Shown piece after piece: positions 9,649 to 18,277 of a stretch of DNA of 64,000 nucleotides. The position numbers were made by a program, and so were the translations under genes. Positions within the stretch are counted from its first letter, which is position 1, and every line of letters starts with the position of its first letter. Under the pieces are notes generated by a model, which saw nothing but the letters and a program-made list of their open reading frames with translations, had not been told where the DNA came from and did no database searches. Source of the stretch: Trichormus sp. ATA11-4-KO1 (GTDB taxonomy: Bacteria > Cyanobacteriota > Cyanobacteriia > Cyanobacteriales > Nostocaceae). The stretch spans positions 64,001 to 128,000 of the forward strand of contig JAHHIM010000036.1 in NCBI GenBank assembly GCA_019358915.1, in the 5' to 3' direction.

Positions 9649-11685
9649 ATGATCTGCTGCTTAAATCCCGATTGCCCAAATCCCCTAAATCCCGACAGAA
9701 AGAAGTTATGCCAAACTTGTAGCACCCCGTTGGTGCCACTTTTGCGAAATCGCTTCCGTGTCATCCGGGTACTTTCTGATGAGGGGGGATTTGGCAGAAC
9801 CTATTTATCTGAAGATACAGATAAATTAAATGAACGTTGTGTTATCAAGCAATTAGCGCCGAAGTTTCAAGGAACTTGGTCGCAAAAGAAAGCCGTAGAG
9901 TTGTTTGCTGAAGAAGCAAAGCGATTGCAAGAACTCGGAGAACATCCACAAATACCAACTCTGTTAGCTTACTTTGAGCAAGATAACTGCCTATATTTGG
10001 TACAACAATTTGTGAATGGGCAGAACTTGTTAAAGGAGTTGCAGCATCGGAAACCCTATAGACCTGGGGAAATTCAGGCAATTTTGCTGCATTTATTGCC
10101 TGTGCTCAAATTTATTCACGATCGCGGTGTAATTCATCGAGATATCAAACCAGAAAATATTATCCGTCGTCATGGTGATGGGCGATTAAGTCTGATAGAT
10201 TTTGGTTCTTCTAAGCAATTAACGGCAAGAGTACAAAATAAAATTGGCACATCAATTGGTTCTCACGGTTATTCGCCCTTGGAACAAATCAGAGATGGTA
10301 AAGCTTACCCAGCTAGTGATTTGTTTGGTTTGGGGGCTACGTGCTTTCATTTGCTAACAGGAGTTTCTCCTTTTCAGTTGTGGATGGAATATGGATATGG
10401 CTGGGTAACTAATTGGCGGCAATATTTGCGAACTCCATTGAGTACTGATTTGGATTATGTTCTCGATAGGCTGTTGAGAAAAGATATCCAGCAGCGTTAC
10501 CAGTCGGCGGATGAAGTCATTAAAGACTTGACTCCCAAACAACCATTAGCACTACCACCAGCAGGTAAGTCTTCTGGCAAAATCCCAGTAACTCAAAGTC
10601 CAGCTTTACCAGTTAGATATACCGTACTGAAAAATCTAGTCTTGGTAAGTGCTTTGATTCTGTTATTCGGAGTTGGAGATTCTTGGTATCAGCAATATCG
10701 CCGGATTCAGACTATTTTATTTTCTAGGCTAAGTCAGCATAATAGTAGTTCAGGTACGGGCGAAGCTGTTTTAGATCAGTCGCCAAGTATGACCTTAAAG
10801 AACATTTCTTTAGCTAAGTCCCTGAAAGGTCATGAAAACTTGGTATTATCTGTGACTATTAGCCCCGATAGCCAGATTCTTGCCAGCAGTGGCGATCGCA
10901 CTATTAAAGTATGGAATCTCGCCACAGGACAAGCCATATCTATCCTCAAAGGGCATTCCCAAAGGGTAAATGTGGTAGCCATTAGCCCAGATGGACGCAC
11001 CCTGGTTAGTGGTAGTGATGACAAAACCATTAAAGTATGGGATTTGCCGACTAATCGGTTAGTCCGCACCTTGAGGGGGCATTCCGACTCAATTCAAGCG
11101 CTAGCCATCAGCCCGAACGGTGTGACTCTGGCTAGTGGTAGCGATGATCACATGATTAAAGTGTGGAATTTAGCCACGGGACAGCTGAGACGGACACTGA
11201 GAGGGCATACATCTTGGGTGCGTTCACTTGCCATCAGCCCGGATGGTGCGACTCTTGCTAGTGGTAGTTTTGACAAAACTATTAAACTGTGGAATTTAAA
11301 CAAAGCAGTTTTTATCCGTACACTTGGGGAAGATGCGGAAACGGTAACATCCGTTGCTTTTAACCCGGATGGTAAGATTTTGGCCAGTGCTAGTCGCGAT
11401 CGCACGATTAAACTGTGGAATTTAGCAACTAATCAAAAAATTCGCACACTTGCAGAAAATCCCGAAACTGTGACTTTTGTTGTCTTTAGTCCAGATAGTA
11501 CTATTCTTGCCAGTGGTAGCCGCGATCGCACAATTAAACTCTGGAATTTAGCCACAGGAGAAGAAATTCGTAAACTTGTGGGACATGCCGACACTGTAAC
11601 ATCTATTGCCATTAGCTCAGATGGCAAGACTCTAGTTAGCGGTAGTGAGGACAATACTATTAAGATTTGGCGGGTATCTCAGTAA
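9649..11685 (+). CDS. Ser/Thr protein kinase with N-terminal 4-Cys motif, TM segment and C-terminal WD40 propeller
   Basis: CLNPDC...CQTC, EGGFGRTY, IHRDIKPEN, DFG, hydrophobic helix, seven GH...WN/WD repeats. Confidence 0.95.
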   Translation: MICCLNPDCPNPLNPDRKKLCQTCSTPLVPLLRNRFRVIRVLSDEGGFGRTYLSEDTDKLNERCVIKQLAPKFQGTWSQKKAVELFAEEAKRLQELGEHPQIPTLLAYFEQDNCLYLVQQFVNGQNLLKELQHRKPYRPGEIQAILLHLLPVLKFIHDRGVIHRDIKPENIIRRHGDGRLSLIDFGSSKQLTARVQNKIGTSIGSHGYSPLEQIRDGKAYPASDLFGLGATCFHLLTGVSPFQLWMEYGYGWVTNWRQYLRTPLSTDLDYVLDRLLRKDIQQRYQSADEVIKDLTPKQPLALPPAGKSSGKIPVTQSPALPVRYTVLKNLVLVSALILLFGVGDSWYQQYRRIQTILFSRLSQHNSSSGTGEAVLDQSPSMTLKNISLAKSLKGHENLVLSVTISPDSQILASSGDRTIKVWNLATGQAISILKGHSQRVNVVAISPDGRTLVSGSDDKTIKVWDLPTNRLVRTLRGHSDSIQALAISPNGVTLASGSDDHMIKVWNLATGQLRRTLRGHTSWVRSLAISPDGATLASGSFDKTIKLWNLNKAVFIRTLGEDAETVTSVAFNPDGKILASASRDRTIKLWNLATNQKIRTLAENPETVTFVVFSPDSTILASGSRDRTIKLWNLATGEEIRKLVGHADTVTSIAISSDGKTLVSGSEDNTIKIWRVSQ

Positions 11686-12255
11686 TGGGCGTTGCATAAA
11701 TGCGGGATAATGCAGATGAATACAGGTATTTGCCAATACTTTAAGTAGTCATATAGTCATAGCATCTCCATCATCATGAAATAACTTTGGGTGTTGCATA
11801 TAGCTTGCAATTGAGTATCTCATTTGCATAATATGATTTCAAACCAAACCGCAACGGCATGAGATAGCACAGTGTGAAAAATAACCAGCTATATCGGCTT
11901 GCATTGCTTACTTTGTTCATCGTTGTCAAGTCATAAATTGCAACACATCAAATAATGTGTCTTTAGCACTTTTACCAGGTCTTAATTAGTTTTCCAAACA
12001 AAACCTTTCGATATACTATAACTATGGAAACTCAGATTGTATATGAGTTGGAAGAATCTTGTTAACTTAATACGCACACCAATCACAATTTACGTGATTA
12101 TTAGACAGAGTCATAATTGTGTCAATGGCATGGTGAAATAGCATTCTAGTTTTTAGCCAAATGAATGCATTTAAACCTGCATTTCCATTACTGCTGCTGA
12201 TATCTGCAAACATTGCCAGATACTTCTTTATAGTGTCTATGAAATGATCACAACA

Positions 12256-12269
12256 GTAGAAGACTGTAC
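12256..12269. promoter_or_regulatory. Possible NtcA box
   Basis: GTA-gaagactg-TAC (GTAN8TAC) about 100 nt upstream of the hglT-like gene; no clear TAN3T at the usual spacing, so it may be chance. Confidence 0.25.
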
Positions 12270-12372
12270 CTTTGTTTTTTATAAAGGTTCGTTTTGAAGT
12301 AGAAATTGGATGCTCCCGTCAGCAGTCTTATCATCACTCCAAACAAGGTATTGAACTACACATTAAATAATA

Positions 12373-13692
12373 ATGCACAAACAACCTCTCCGCATTGCTA
12401 TTTTTACAGCTCTTTATGCTCCTTTCTTGTCAGGGATTTCCATCGCAGTACATCAACGGGTTCGTTGGTTACTACAGCAAGGCCATGAAGTCTTTTTAAT
12501 TCACCCTCAAATCAATGACCAGTATCCCCAAGAAGTTCGCGATCGCCCCATGTTGGGACTAGATGAACTGCAATCTTTTCGTAAGTTTTCCGCTTATGCA
12601 TACCCCACACAACCACTGTTTTACTACAAGTCTGCTCCTGAACCCTTACACCACAGGTATTGGAGTGATACCAAGTTGCTCGAAAACTTCCAGCCTGATG
12701 TTGTGTTAGTTGAAGAAGCAACACAAATGAGAGGTTTTTACTCACTTTTTTGGGGAGGTTATGGCCGTCCTATTGGAATTGAATATGCACATCAAACAGG
12801 CACGCCAACAGTATCATTATTCCATACTGATACTGTTGCTTATATCCAATATTTCTTAGGAAGCGCATTGTCCAGTTTGATTCGCCCTATTATTCCCTTG
12901 ATCATCAAACAATTCAGCGACACTTATGACATAAATTTCTTTTGTTCTAAAGAACAGCTTGCTAAGTATAAAAAGATGAAAGTTCAACGTGGTGTCTATC
13001 TACCTTATCAAGGGGTTAATTGCCAAAAATTTCATCCTAGAAATATTTGTTACAATCCTATTCCTGATGACCACAGACCAACGATGTTATTTGTTGGACG
13101 AATTTCTCCGGAAAAGAATGTTACTCAACTATTAGACATATATCCCATCATTGCGGCAAGAATCCCTGACATCCATTTGGTAATTGTTGGTAATGGTTCC
13201 CAGAATGAAGAAATCCGTCGGCGTGCCCAAAAGTTTAAATCCGGAGTTACAGTGTGGGGTGAATCTCATGGAACAGAACTTTTAGGTTGGTTTGCTCGTG
13301 CAGATATATTTGTCAACCCCTCAGTCACCGAAAATTTTTGCACCACTAATATCGAAGCACTAGCTTCTGGAACCCCTGTCGTAGCTGCTGGTGTCCCTTC
13401 AAGTTTGGAGCAGATATTTCCTAGTGTTAATGGCTTCTTAGCAGAACCTAACAATCCAACCGATTTTGCTAACAAGGTGATCACAATTTTGTCAAACCCT
13501 GACCTCAAAGAAGAAATGTCTCAGCGTACTCGTCTCTCAATTCTAGCTTTTGATTGGTCGGCATGTATGGAAAAGTTAGAGAAAAAACTCTATCAACTTG
13601 TGGAAGCATCAAAGCCTTCGGAAGTATTATCGGTCTCGTCATTAAACAATACAAAAGGGCGTGTTGTTGTAAACACACATTCAGATCAGTAA
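12373..13692 (+). CDS. GT4 glycosyltransferase, HglT-like (heterocyst glycolipid synthase family)
   Basis: GT-B motifs FVGRISPEKN and ENFCTTNIE (EX7E). The N-terminus QPLRIAIFTALYAPFLSGISIAVHQRVRWLLQQGHEV is recalled as HglT/All5341-like; GT4 is firm, the HglT subfamily less so. Confidence 0.8.
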   Translation: MHKQPLRIAIFTALYAPFLSGISIAVHQRVRWLLQQGHEVFLIHPQINDQYPQEVRDRPMLGLDELQSFRKFSAYAYPTQPLFYYKSAPEPLHHRYWSDTKLLENFQPDVVLVEEATQMRGFYSLFWGGYGRPIGIEYAHQTGTPTVSLFHTDTVAYIQYFLGSALSSLIRPIIPLIIKQFSDTYDINFFCSKEQLAKYKKMKVQRGVYLPYQGVNCQKFHPRNICYNPIPDDHRPTMLFVGRISPEKNVTQLLDIYPIIAARIPDIHLVIVGNGSQNEEIRRRAQKFKSGVTVWGESHGTELLGWFARADIFVNPSVTENFCTTNIEALASGTPVVAAGVPSSLEQIFPSVNGFLAEPNNPTDFANKVITILSNPDLKEEMSQRTRLSILAFDWSACMEKLEKKLYQLVEASKPSEVLSVSSLNNTKGRVVVNTHSDQ

Positions 13693-13727
13693 TAATTAGT
13701 TCAAAAAATAGATAAAGGTGTGTATAA

Positions 13728-14747
13728 ATGAACATTCAAAGTAGTAAAGCAGACAAAACTGTAATTATCACAGGAGGTAACAAAGGATTAGGCTATTACT
13801 GTGCGAAAGCTATAGCAGCATCTGATCAGAATTGGCATGTAATTATTGCTAGCCGCAACAAGAACCAAGCAATTCTTTCTGTCCAAAGGTTGATAACTGA
13901 GACAGGTAACAAATCTATAGAAGCAATGCCTTTGGATCTTGCATCTTTAACATCAGTACGTACTTTTGCCAAATATTTTGCAGCAAGTAATCGCCCTCCC
14001 TTACATGCGATTGTTTGTAACGCAGCTCAACTAATTGTGACAGGCACAACTTACACAGAGGATGGATTTGAAAGCACTTTTGGTGTTAACCATCTTGGAC
14101 ATTTCTTGCTGGTTAATCTTCTACTTCAATATTTAGTTTCTCCAGCCAGAATTGTATTTGTTAGCAGCGGAATGCATGACACCAATGAGAAGGTGTATCA
14201 GATTCTGAAGAAACCTGCTTTTAAATATCGCAATGCCAAATTACTTGCATTTCCTAATCGAGTTTCCTTTGAAGAAAAGGCAAATGATTTGACAATCGGT
14301 ACCCAACGCTATGCTATTTCCAAACTTTGTAATATTCTTTGTGCCTATGAGTTATCTCATCGCCTCCAGTTGCAGGGATATAGTACCCAACAGGAGCCAA
14401 TTACCGTAAACATCTTCAATCCTGGACTCGTGCCAGGTACAGGCATAGCCCGTGACTACAACCCAATTAAGCGTTTTGCGTGGAATTTCTTGTTGCCAGG
14501 ACTTTGCCTTTTTGTACCAAACGTCAACAGTGCTAGCAAATCTGGGAAAAACCTGGCCAGACTGATTCTTGATCCAGAATTAGCAAGAGTTACAAATAAG
14601 TACTTTTTTGGACTGCGGGAATTCCCATCTTCTGAGGAATCTTATGATCGAAAAAAGGCAGCTGAATTATGGGAAACCAGCGCTGAATTGGTCAATCTCA
14701 CCCCTAATGAAACCATCCTGCGATCGCTGGAAAGTGCATTAAGTTAG
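13728..14747 (+). CDS. SDR family NAD(P)-dependent oxidoreductase (POR/retinol dehydrogenase-like clade)
   Basis: TGGNKGLG, LDLASL, FGVNHLGHFLL, catalytic YAISK. Confidence 0.9.
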   Translation: MNIQSSKADKTVIITGGNKGLGYYCAKAIAASDQNWHVIIASRNKNQAILSVQRLITETGNKSIEAMPLDLASLTSVRTFAKYFAASNRPPLHAIVCNAAQLIVTGTTYTEDGFESTFGVNHLGHFLLVNLLLQYLVSPARIVFVSSGMHDTNEKVYQILKKPAFKYRNAKLLAFPNRVSFEEKANDLTIGTQRYAISKLCNILCAYELSHRLQLQGYSTQQEPITVNIFNPGLVPGTGIARDYNPIKRFAWNFLLPGLCLFVPNVNSASKSGKNLARLILDPELARVTNKYFFGLREFPSSEESYDRKKAAELWETSAELVNLTPNETILRSLESALS

Positions 14748-14822
14748 TCAGGTTGTTTATTTCTTTTAATCGCTTTACTAATCGACTTGGTATAAAAGTA
14801 CCCTATCTTAACGAGGTAACTA

Positions 14823-15608
14823 ATGAAACCCGAACACAACTTTCTGGGAAATCAATCAGTCGTGAGTAACTCTATTCCTACTTTAGTCGAAGCGTCAGAG
14901 ACCCTTCCTTTAACCTGGGAGCGTATCGTTCCCAACCAGACAGCAAATGATTCGGCAAGTCAAAAGTTTCTTGATCTACATTTTGGGCGCTACAAAACTG
15001 CTGCCAGCTATGTTAGCGGTAAAAAAGTTCTAGACATTGCTTGTGGTAGTGGATACGGTAGCCAAATACTTCGGCTTGCAGGAGCAACCTCTGTAGTAGG
15101 AGTAGATGTATCTCAACAGACAATAGAATATGCCAAGAAAAATTATCAAGAAAACGATCTAGAGTTTATCTGTGCCGATGCAGAGCAGTTTGAATGGCCA
15201 GAGCGTTTCGATATTGTGACTTCGTTTGAAACTATAGAACACCTCCATAATCCTGAAAAATTTCTCAAACGCATTCATAATCTTCTGATTCCTGATGGAC
15301 TATTTCTGCTCTCTATACCACTAGGAGAGACACGTCATATGGACCCATACCACCTTCATGCATTCAATCAAGAGGAAGTGTTCGCTCTACTTAAAAAGAC
15401 AGGATTTTCAGTAGATTGGCATCGTCGGGACGAGTGTTTTTTGACTCGTTCTGAACTGCTGCGCTGGGGACAGTTATATCCAGAATCTAGCCCACCAATG
15501 AATGAACTGTTGTTTAGCCGTAGAGGATGGCGCATCATATACGACTTTGTTTTTCGTGGTGGTTTTGATATTCCTCAACTATTAGTTTCTGCTCGAAGTA
15601 TAAATTGA
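14823..15608 (+). CDS. Class I SAM-dependent methyltransferase (glycan-associated type)
   Basis: HFGRY, VLDIACGSGYGS, GVDVS, SFETIEH, PYH; GAGG RBS upstream. Confidence 0.9.
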   Translation: MKPEHNFLGNQSVVSNSIPTLVEASETLPLTWERIVPNQTANDSASQKFLDLHFGRYKTAASYVSGKKVLDIACGSGYGSQILRLAGATSVVGVDVSQQTIEYAKKNYQENDLEFICADAEQFEWPERFDIVTSFETIEHLHNPEKFLKRIHNLLIPDGLFLLSIPLGETRHMDPYHLHAFNQEEVFALLKKTGFSVDWHRRDECFLTRSELLRWGQLYPESSPPMNELLFSRRGWRIIYDFVFRGGFDIPQLLVSARSIN

Positions 15609-15817
15609 CGCAGCTTAGTCGATTAAGATTAGCATCTGATTAACCCTCATTTGTCACTTTGGGAGAATCCAATCGCTCAAATGGTTACGGTGCTTTAGTT
15701 TCCAGTTTTCGTCTATGAATTTTAGTTTCTGTTAGGAAATAAAGCCTCAAACCTGGGTTAAATCAAAGTCTCAGAATTTGGCTTCGATTATTGTTTTCCG
15801 AGAGTGACAAAACAGGG

Positions 15818-15995
15818 TTAACTAGTGATTGCACCCCTCACTAAAATAACTGTACTCTCCACACCAGAGGCGATCGCTTCAGGAATATTACCTTGAACTG
15901 TTTGCTGTAACAATCCCTCACGAGAAGCCCCTAAAACTACAACATCATAACCTTCGGTTTTCACGAGGTTAATCACTCCTTCGTCCACCGAATCA
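15818..15995 (-). pseudogene. Diverged duplicate of the 3' end of the ClC-CBS-USP gene
   Basis: Aligns without gaps to 18278-18455 (offset 2460); encodes DSVDEGVINLVKTEGYDVVVLGASREGLLQQ...VILVRGAITS*. Confidence 0.92.
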
Positions 15996-15996
15996 A

Positions 15997-16774
15997 CTGC
16001 TAACTGGAATTTCGCCGTTTCAGTTGTGGATGGAATATGGCTATGGCTGGGTGTCGAATTGGCGACAATATTTGCGAATTCCATTGAGTAATAAATTGGA
16101 TTATGTTCTGGATAAACTATTGAGAAAAGATATCCAGCAGCGTTACCAATCAGCAGATGAAGTAATGAGAGAATTGACTCCAAAACAAGCATTAGCACTA
16201 CCGCCAGCAGATAAGTAGAACGACTTGAAAAAACCAAACTATGTGAAGTAATGTAAAAAAATTGCATTTGGTTCGTAGTAAGGACTTCAGTCCTTATTAG
16301 AGGACTAAAGTCCTCACTACAAACCTTTAATTATTCACACCATTCTACTTAAGTCTTCTGGAAAAATTCCAGTAACTCAAATTTAATCTTTACCAGTCAA
16401 ATATGCTTTACTGAAAAATTTAGTCTTGGGTGCAATGCGATCGCTGGCGATTAGCCCGGATGGTGTGACTTTGGCCAGTGGTATTTTTGATAAAACTATT
16501 AAAAATTTGGGATTTAAATAAAGCTGTTTTTATTGACACACTGGGGTCAGATGGGGAAACTGTGACATCGATTGCTTTAGTCCAGATAATATAACTCTGG
16601 TGAGTGGTGGTTGCGATCGCACGATTAAACTTTGGAATTTGGCGACAGGTAAAGAAATGCGTACATATGGGTCACGCCGATACTGTAACTTCAGTCGCTA
16701 TCAGCCCGGATGGTCAAACCCTTGTTAGCAGTAGCGAGAACAATACCATCATGATTTGGCGGGTGTCTCCGTAA
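15997..16774 (+). pseudogene. Decayed duplicate of the 3' part of the kinase-WD40 gene
   Basis: 15997-16429 matches ~10351-10645 (interrupted by a MITE); 16435-16774 matches ~11218-11685 with about one WD repeat lost and frameshifts; 3' flank similarity continues to ~16830 versus ~11790-11843. Confidence 0.9.
16214..16349. mobile_element. 136 bp MITE with AGTAGAA/TTCTACT ends and TA target duplication
   Basis: Filled site gcaga-TA-[element]-TA-agtcttctgg versus empty site gcagg-TA-agtcttctgg at 10561-10577; internal palindrome gttcgtagtaaggacttcagtcct...aggactaaagtcctcactacaaac. Confidence 0.85.
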
Positions 16775-16851
16775 TAGGTGTTGCATATAGCTTGTAATTG
16801 AGGATCTCATTTGCGTAATATGAGTTCCAACAACAGCATAGACGTTTACCA

Positions 16852-17205
16852 ATGATTCCCATCTCAAAAATACCTTGGTTATTAGTGGCTGTATCTGCAT
16901 TTTGCAATTGCATTGGTAATGTTCTGCTCAAGCAGTCACGTTTAGGGATAAATAATTCCAACTTTCTTGTAACCATTGCTTCTCCCTGGTTTATCGCTGC
17001 GCTGATTTGTTACTGTACAGGGTTGCTTTTATCAGCTAAAGCACTTGATCAACTCCCTCTCTCTATGGTGATTCCCGCTTCTCAGGGAATTGGATTTATT
17101 TTTGTGACTTTTTTTTCCTACTGGTTATTTCATGAAAGTTTGACATTCAACCAGTTAATTGCCATAAGTTTCATTTTTGCGGGAATCGTTGTGATGACAC
17201 GTTAA
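16852..17205 (+). CDS. Small 4-TM DMT/SMR family protein (ArnE/EamA-like)
   Basis: 117 aa, four hydrophobic helices, GNVLLK, LPLSMVIP, LFHESLT...GIVV. Confidence 0.8.
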   Translation: MIPISKIPWLLVAVSAFCNCIGNVLLKQSRLGINNSNFLVTIASPWFIAALICYCTGLLLSAKALDQLPLSMVIPASQGIGFIFVTFFSYWLFHESLTFNQLIAISFIFAGIVVMTR

Positions 17206-17277
17206 TCATCGGATGTGTTCTGTTAATTCGTATTTCTTGAGCAGACAAATTTTTCACCAATCTCATCAAAAAGACAT

Positions 17278-18135
17278 ATGCAAAGTTATCAAACTACTAA
17301 GACGACGATTAATTCCCAATTCAGTTCTTCGTCTTTTCTCAAGGATTTTCCAATTATTGAAACCAAAAAGTATATTTTAAAGCTTGCTTCACCTGACGAA
17401 TTAGAATCAATTTTTCGGTTGCGATTTAAAATTTTCAATATTGAACTAGGTTTGGAAGACTCTACTGCTAATCATACTCAAATAGATCAAGACGAGTTTG
17501 ATGAAGTTTGCCATCATTTGATCCTCATCTTCAAGCAAACTGGTGAGATAATTGGAACCTATCGAATGCAAACCCATAGTATGGCTTCTCAAGCCTTGGG
17601 TTTTAGATCCGCTAAATACTTTAATCTTAATGCAATTTTTGATTCTGTACTTCAAGAAACTGTGGAACTTGGCCGTGCATGTATAGCAAAAGAATACCGG
17701 AGCATACAAGCACTTTCATTGCTTTGGCAAGGACTAGCAAATTATCTATTATGGAGTGGAAACACATATTTTTTGGGGTGTACAACTTTACCAACACAAG
17801 ATATTTCGCAAGCTCATGGTGCTTATCATTATTTTCAGCAGAATAACTTTATGCACCCAAGATTTTTGGTTTATCCAACTTCGCAATTTTTCTTAGAGCT
17901 TCCCCAATATTGTCCTAAATTAGACGAACTTAAGCTGCCGATAATCTTGCAAATATATTTAGCTAGCGGAGCTAAAATATGTAGCCTTCCTGCTATTGAC
18001 CGACTGTATAAGTGTATTGACTTTTTAACGATATTCGATAGCCAAAACTTTGCTACAGTCGGTTCGCTGATGTCAACAACTAGTTCTACCGTATCCTCTT
18101 TGGTAAAAAGAAAATTTTTCCCCAAGTTTATGTGA
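17278..18135 (+). CDS. GNAT N-acyltransferase, OlsB/Acetyltransf_5-like
   Basis: FRLRFKIFNIELG, DQDEFDEVCHHL, IGTYRM, VELGRACIAKEYR, LLWQGLANY. Confidence 0.82.
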   Translation: MQSYQTTKTTINSQFSSSSFLKDFPIIETKKYILKLASPDELESIFRLRFKIFNIELGLEDSTANHTQIDQDEFDEVCHHLILIFKQTGEIIGTYRMQTHSMASQALGFRSAKYFNLNAIFDSVLQETVELGRACIAKEYRSIQALSLLWQGLANYLLWSGNTYFLGCTTLPTQDISQAHGAYHYFQQNNFMHPRFLVYPTSQFFLELPQYCPKLDELKLPIILQIYLASGAKICSLPAIDRLYKCIDFLTIFDSQNFATVGSLMSTTSSTVSSLVKRKFFPKFM

Positions 18136-18277
18136 AATTGCGTAGGCATAGAAGGATACTGGGCTAAGTCTATAAAAAATGATACGTCATGATATAGTCC
18201 ATAAAGAACGGACAGGATGCCCATTCCACAAGATCGGATAATTTATTTTCTGGTGTTCCCCAAGATAGAGAGAATCT

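Noticed and set aside
10800..11685. WD40 duplicate as a diversity-generating retroelement template/variable pair
   Set aside because: Differences are not adenine-specific, they include indels, and no reverse transcriptase is present
15818..16267. 149 aa minus-strand ORF as a real gene
   Set aside because: It is a chimera: it starts inside the MITE, reads antisense through the kinase remnant, then enters the ClC fragment
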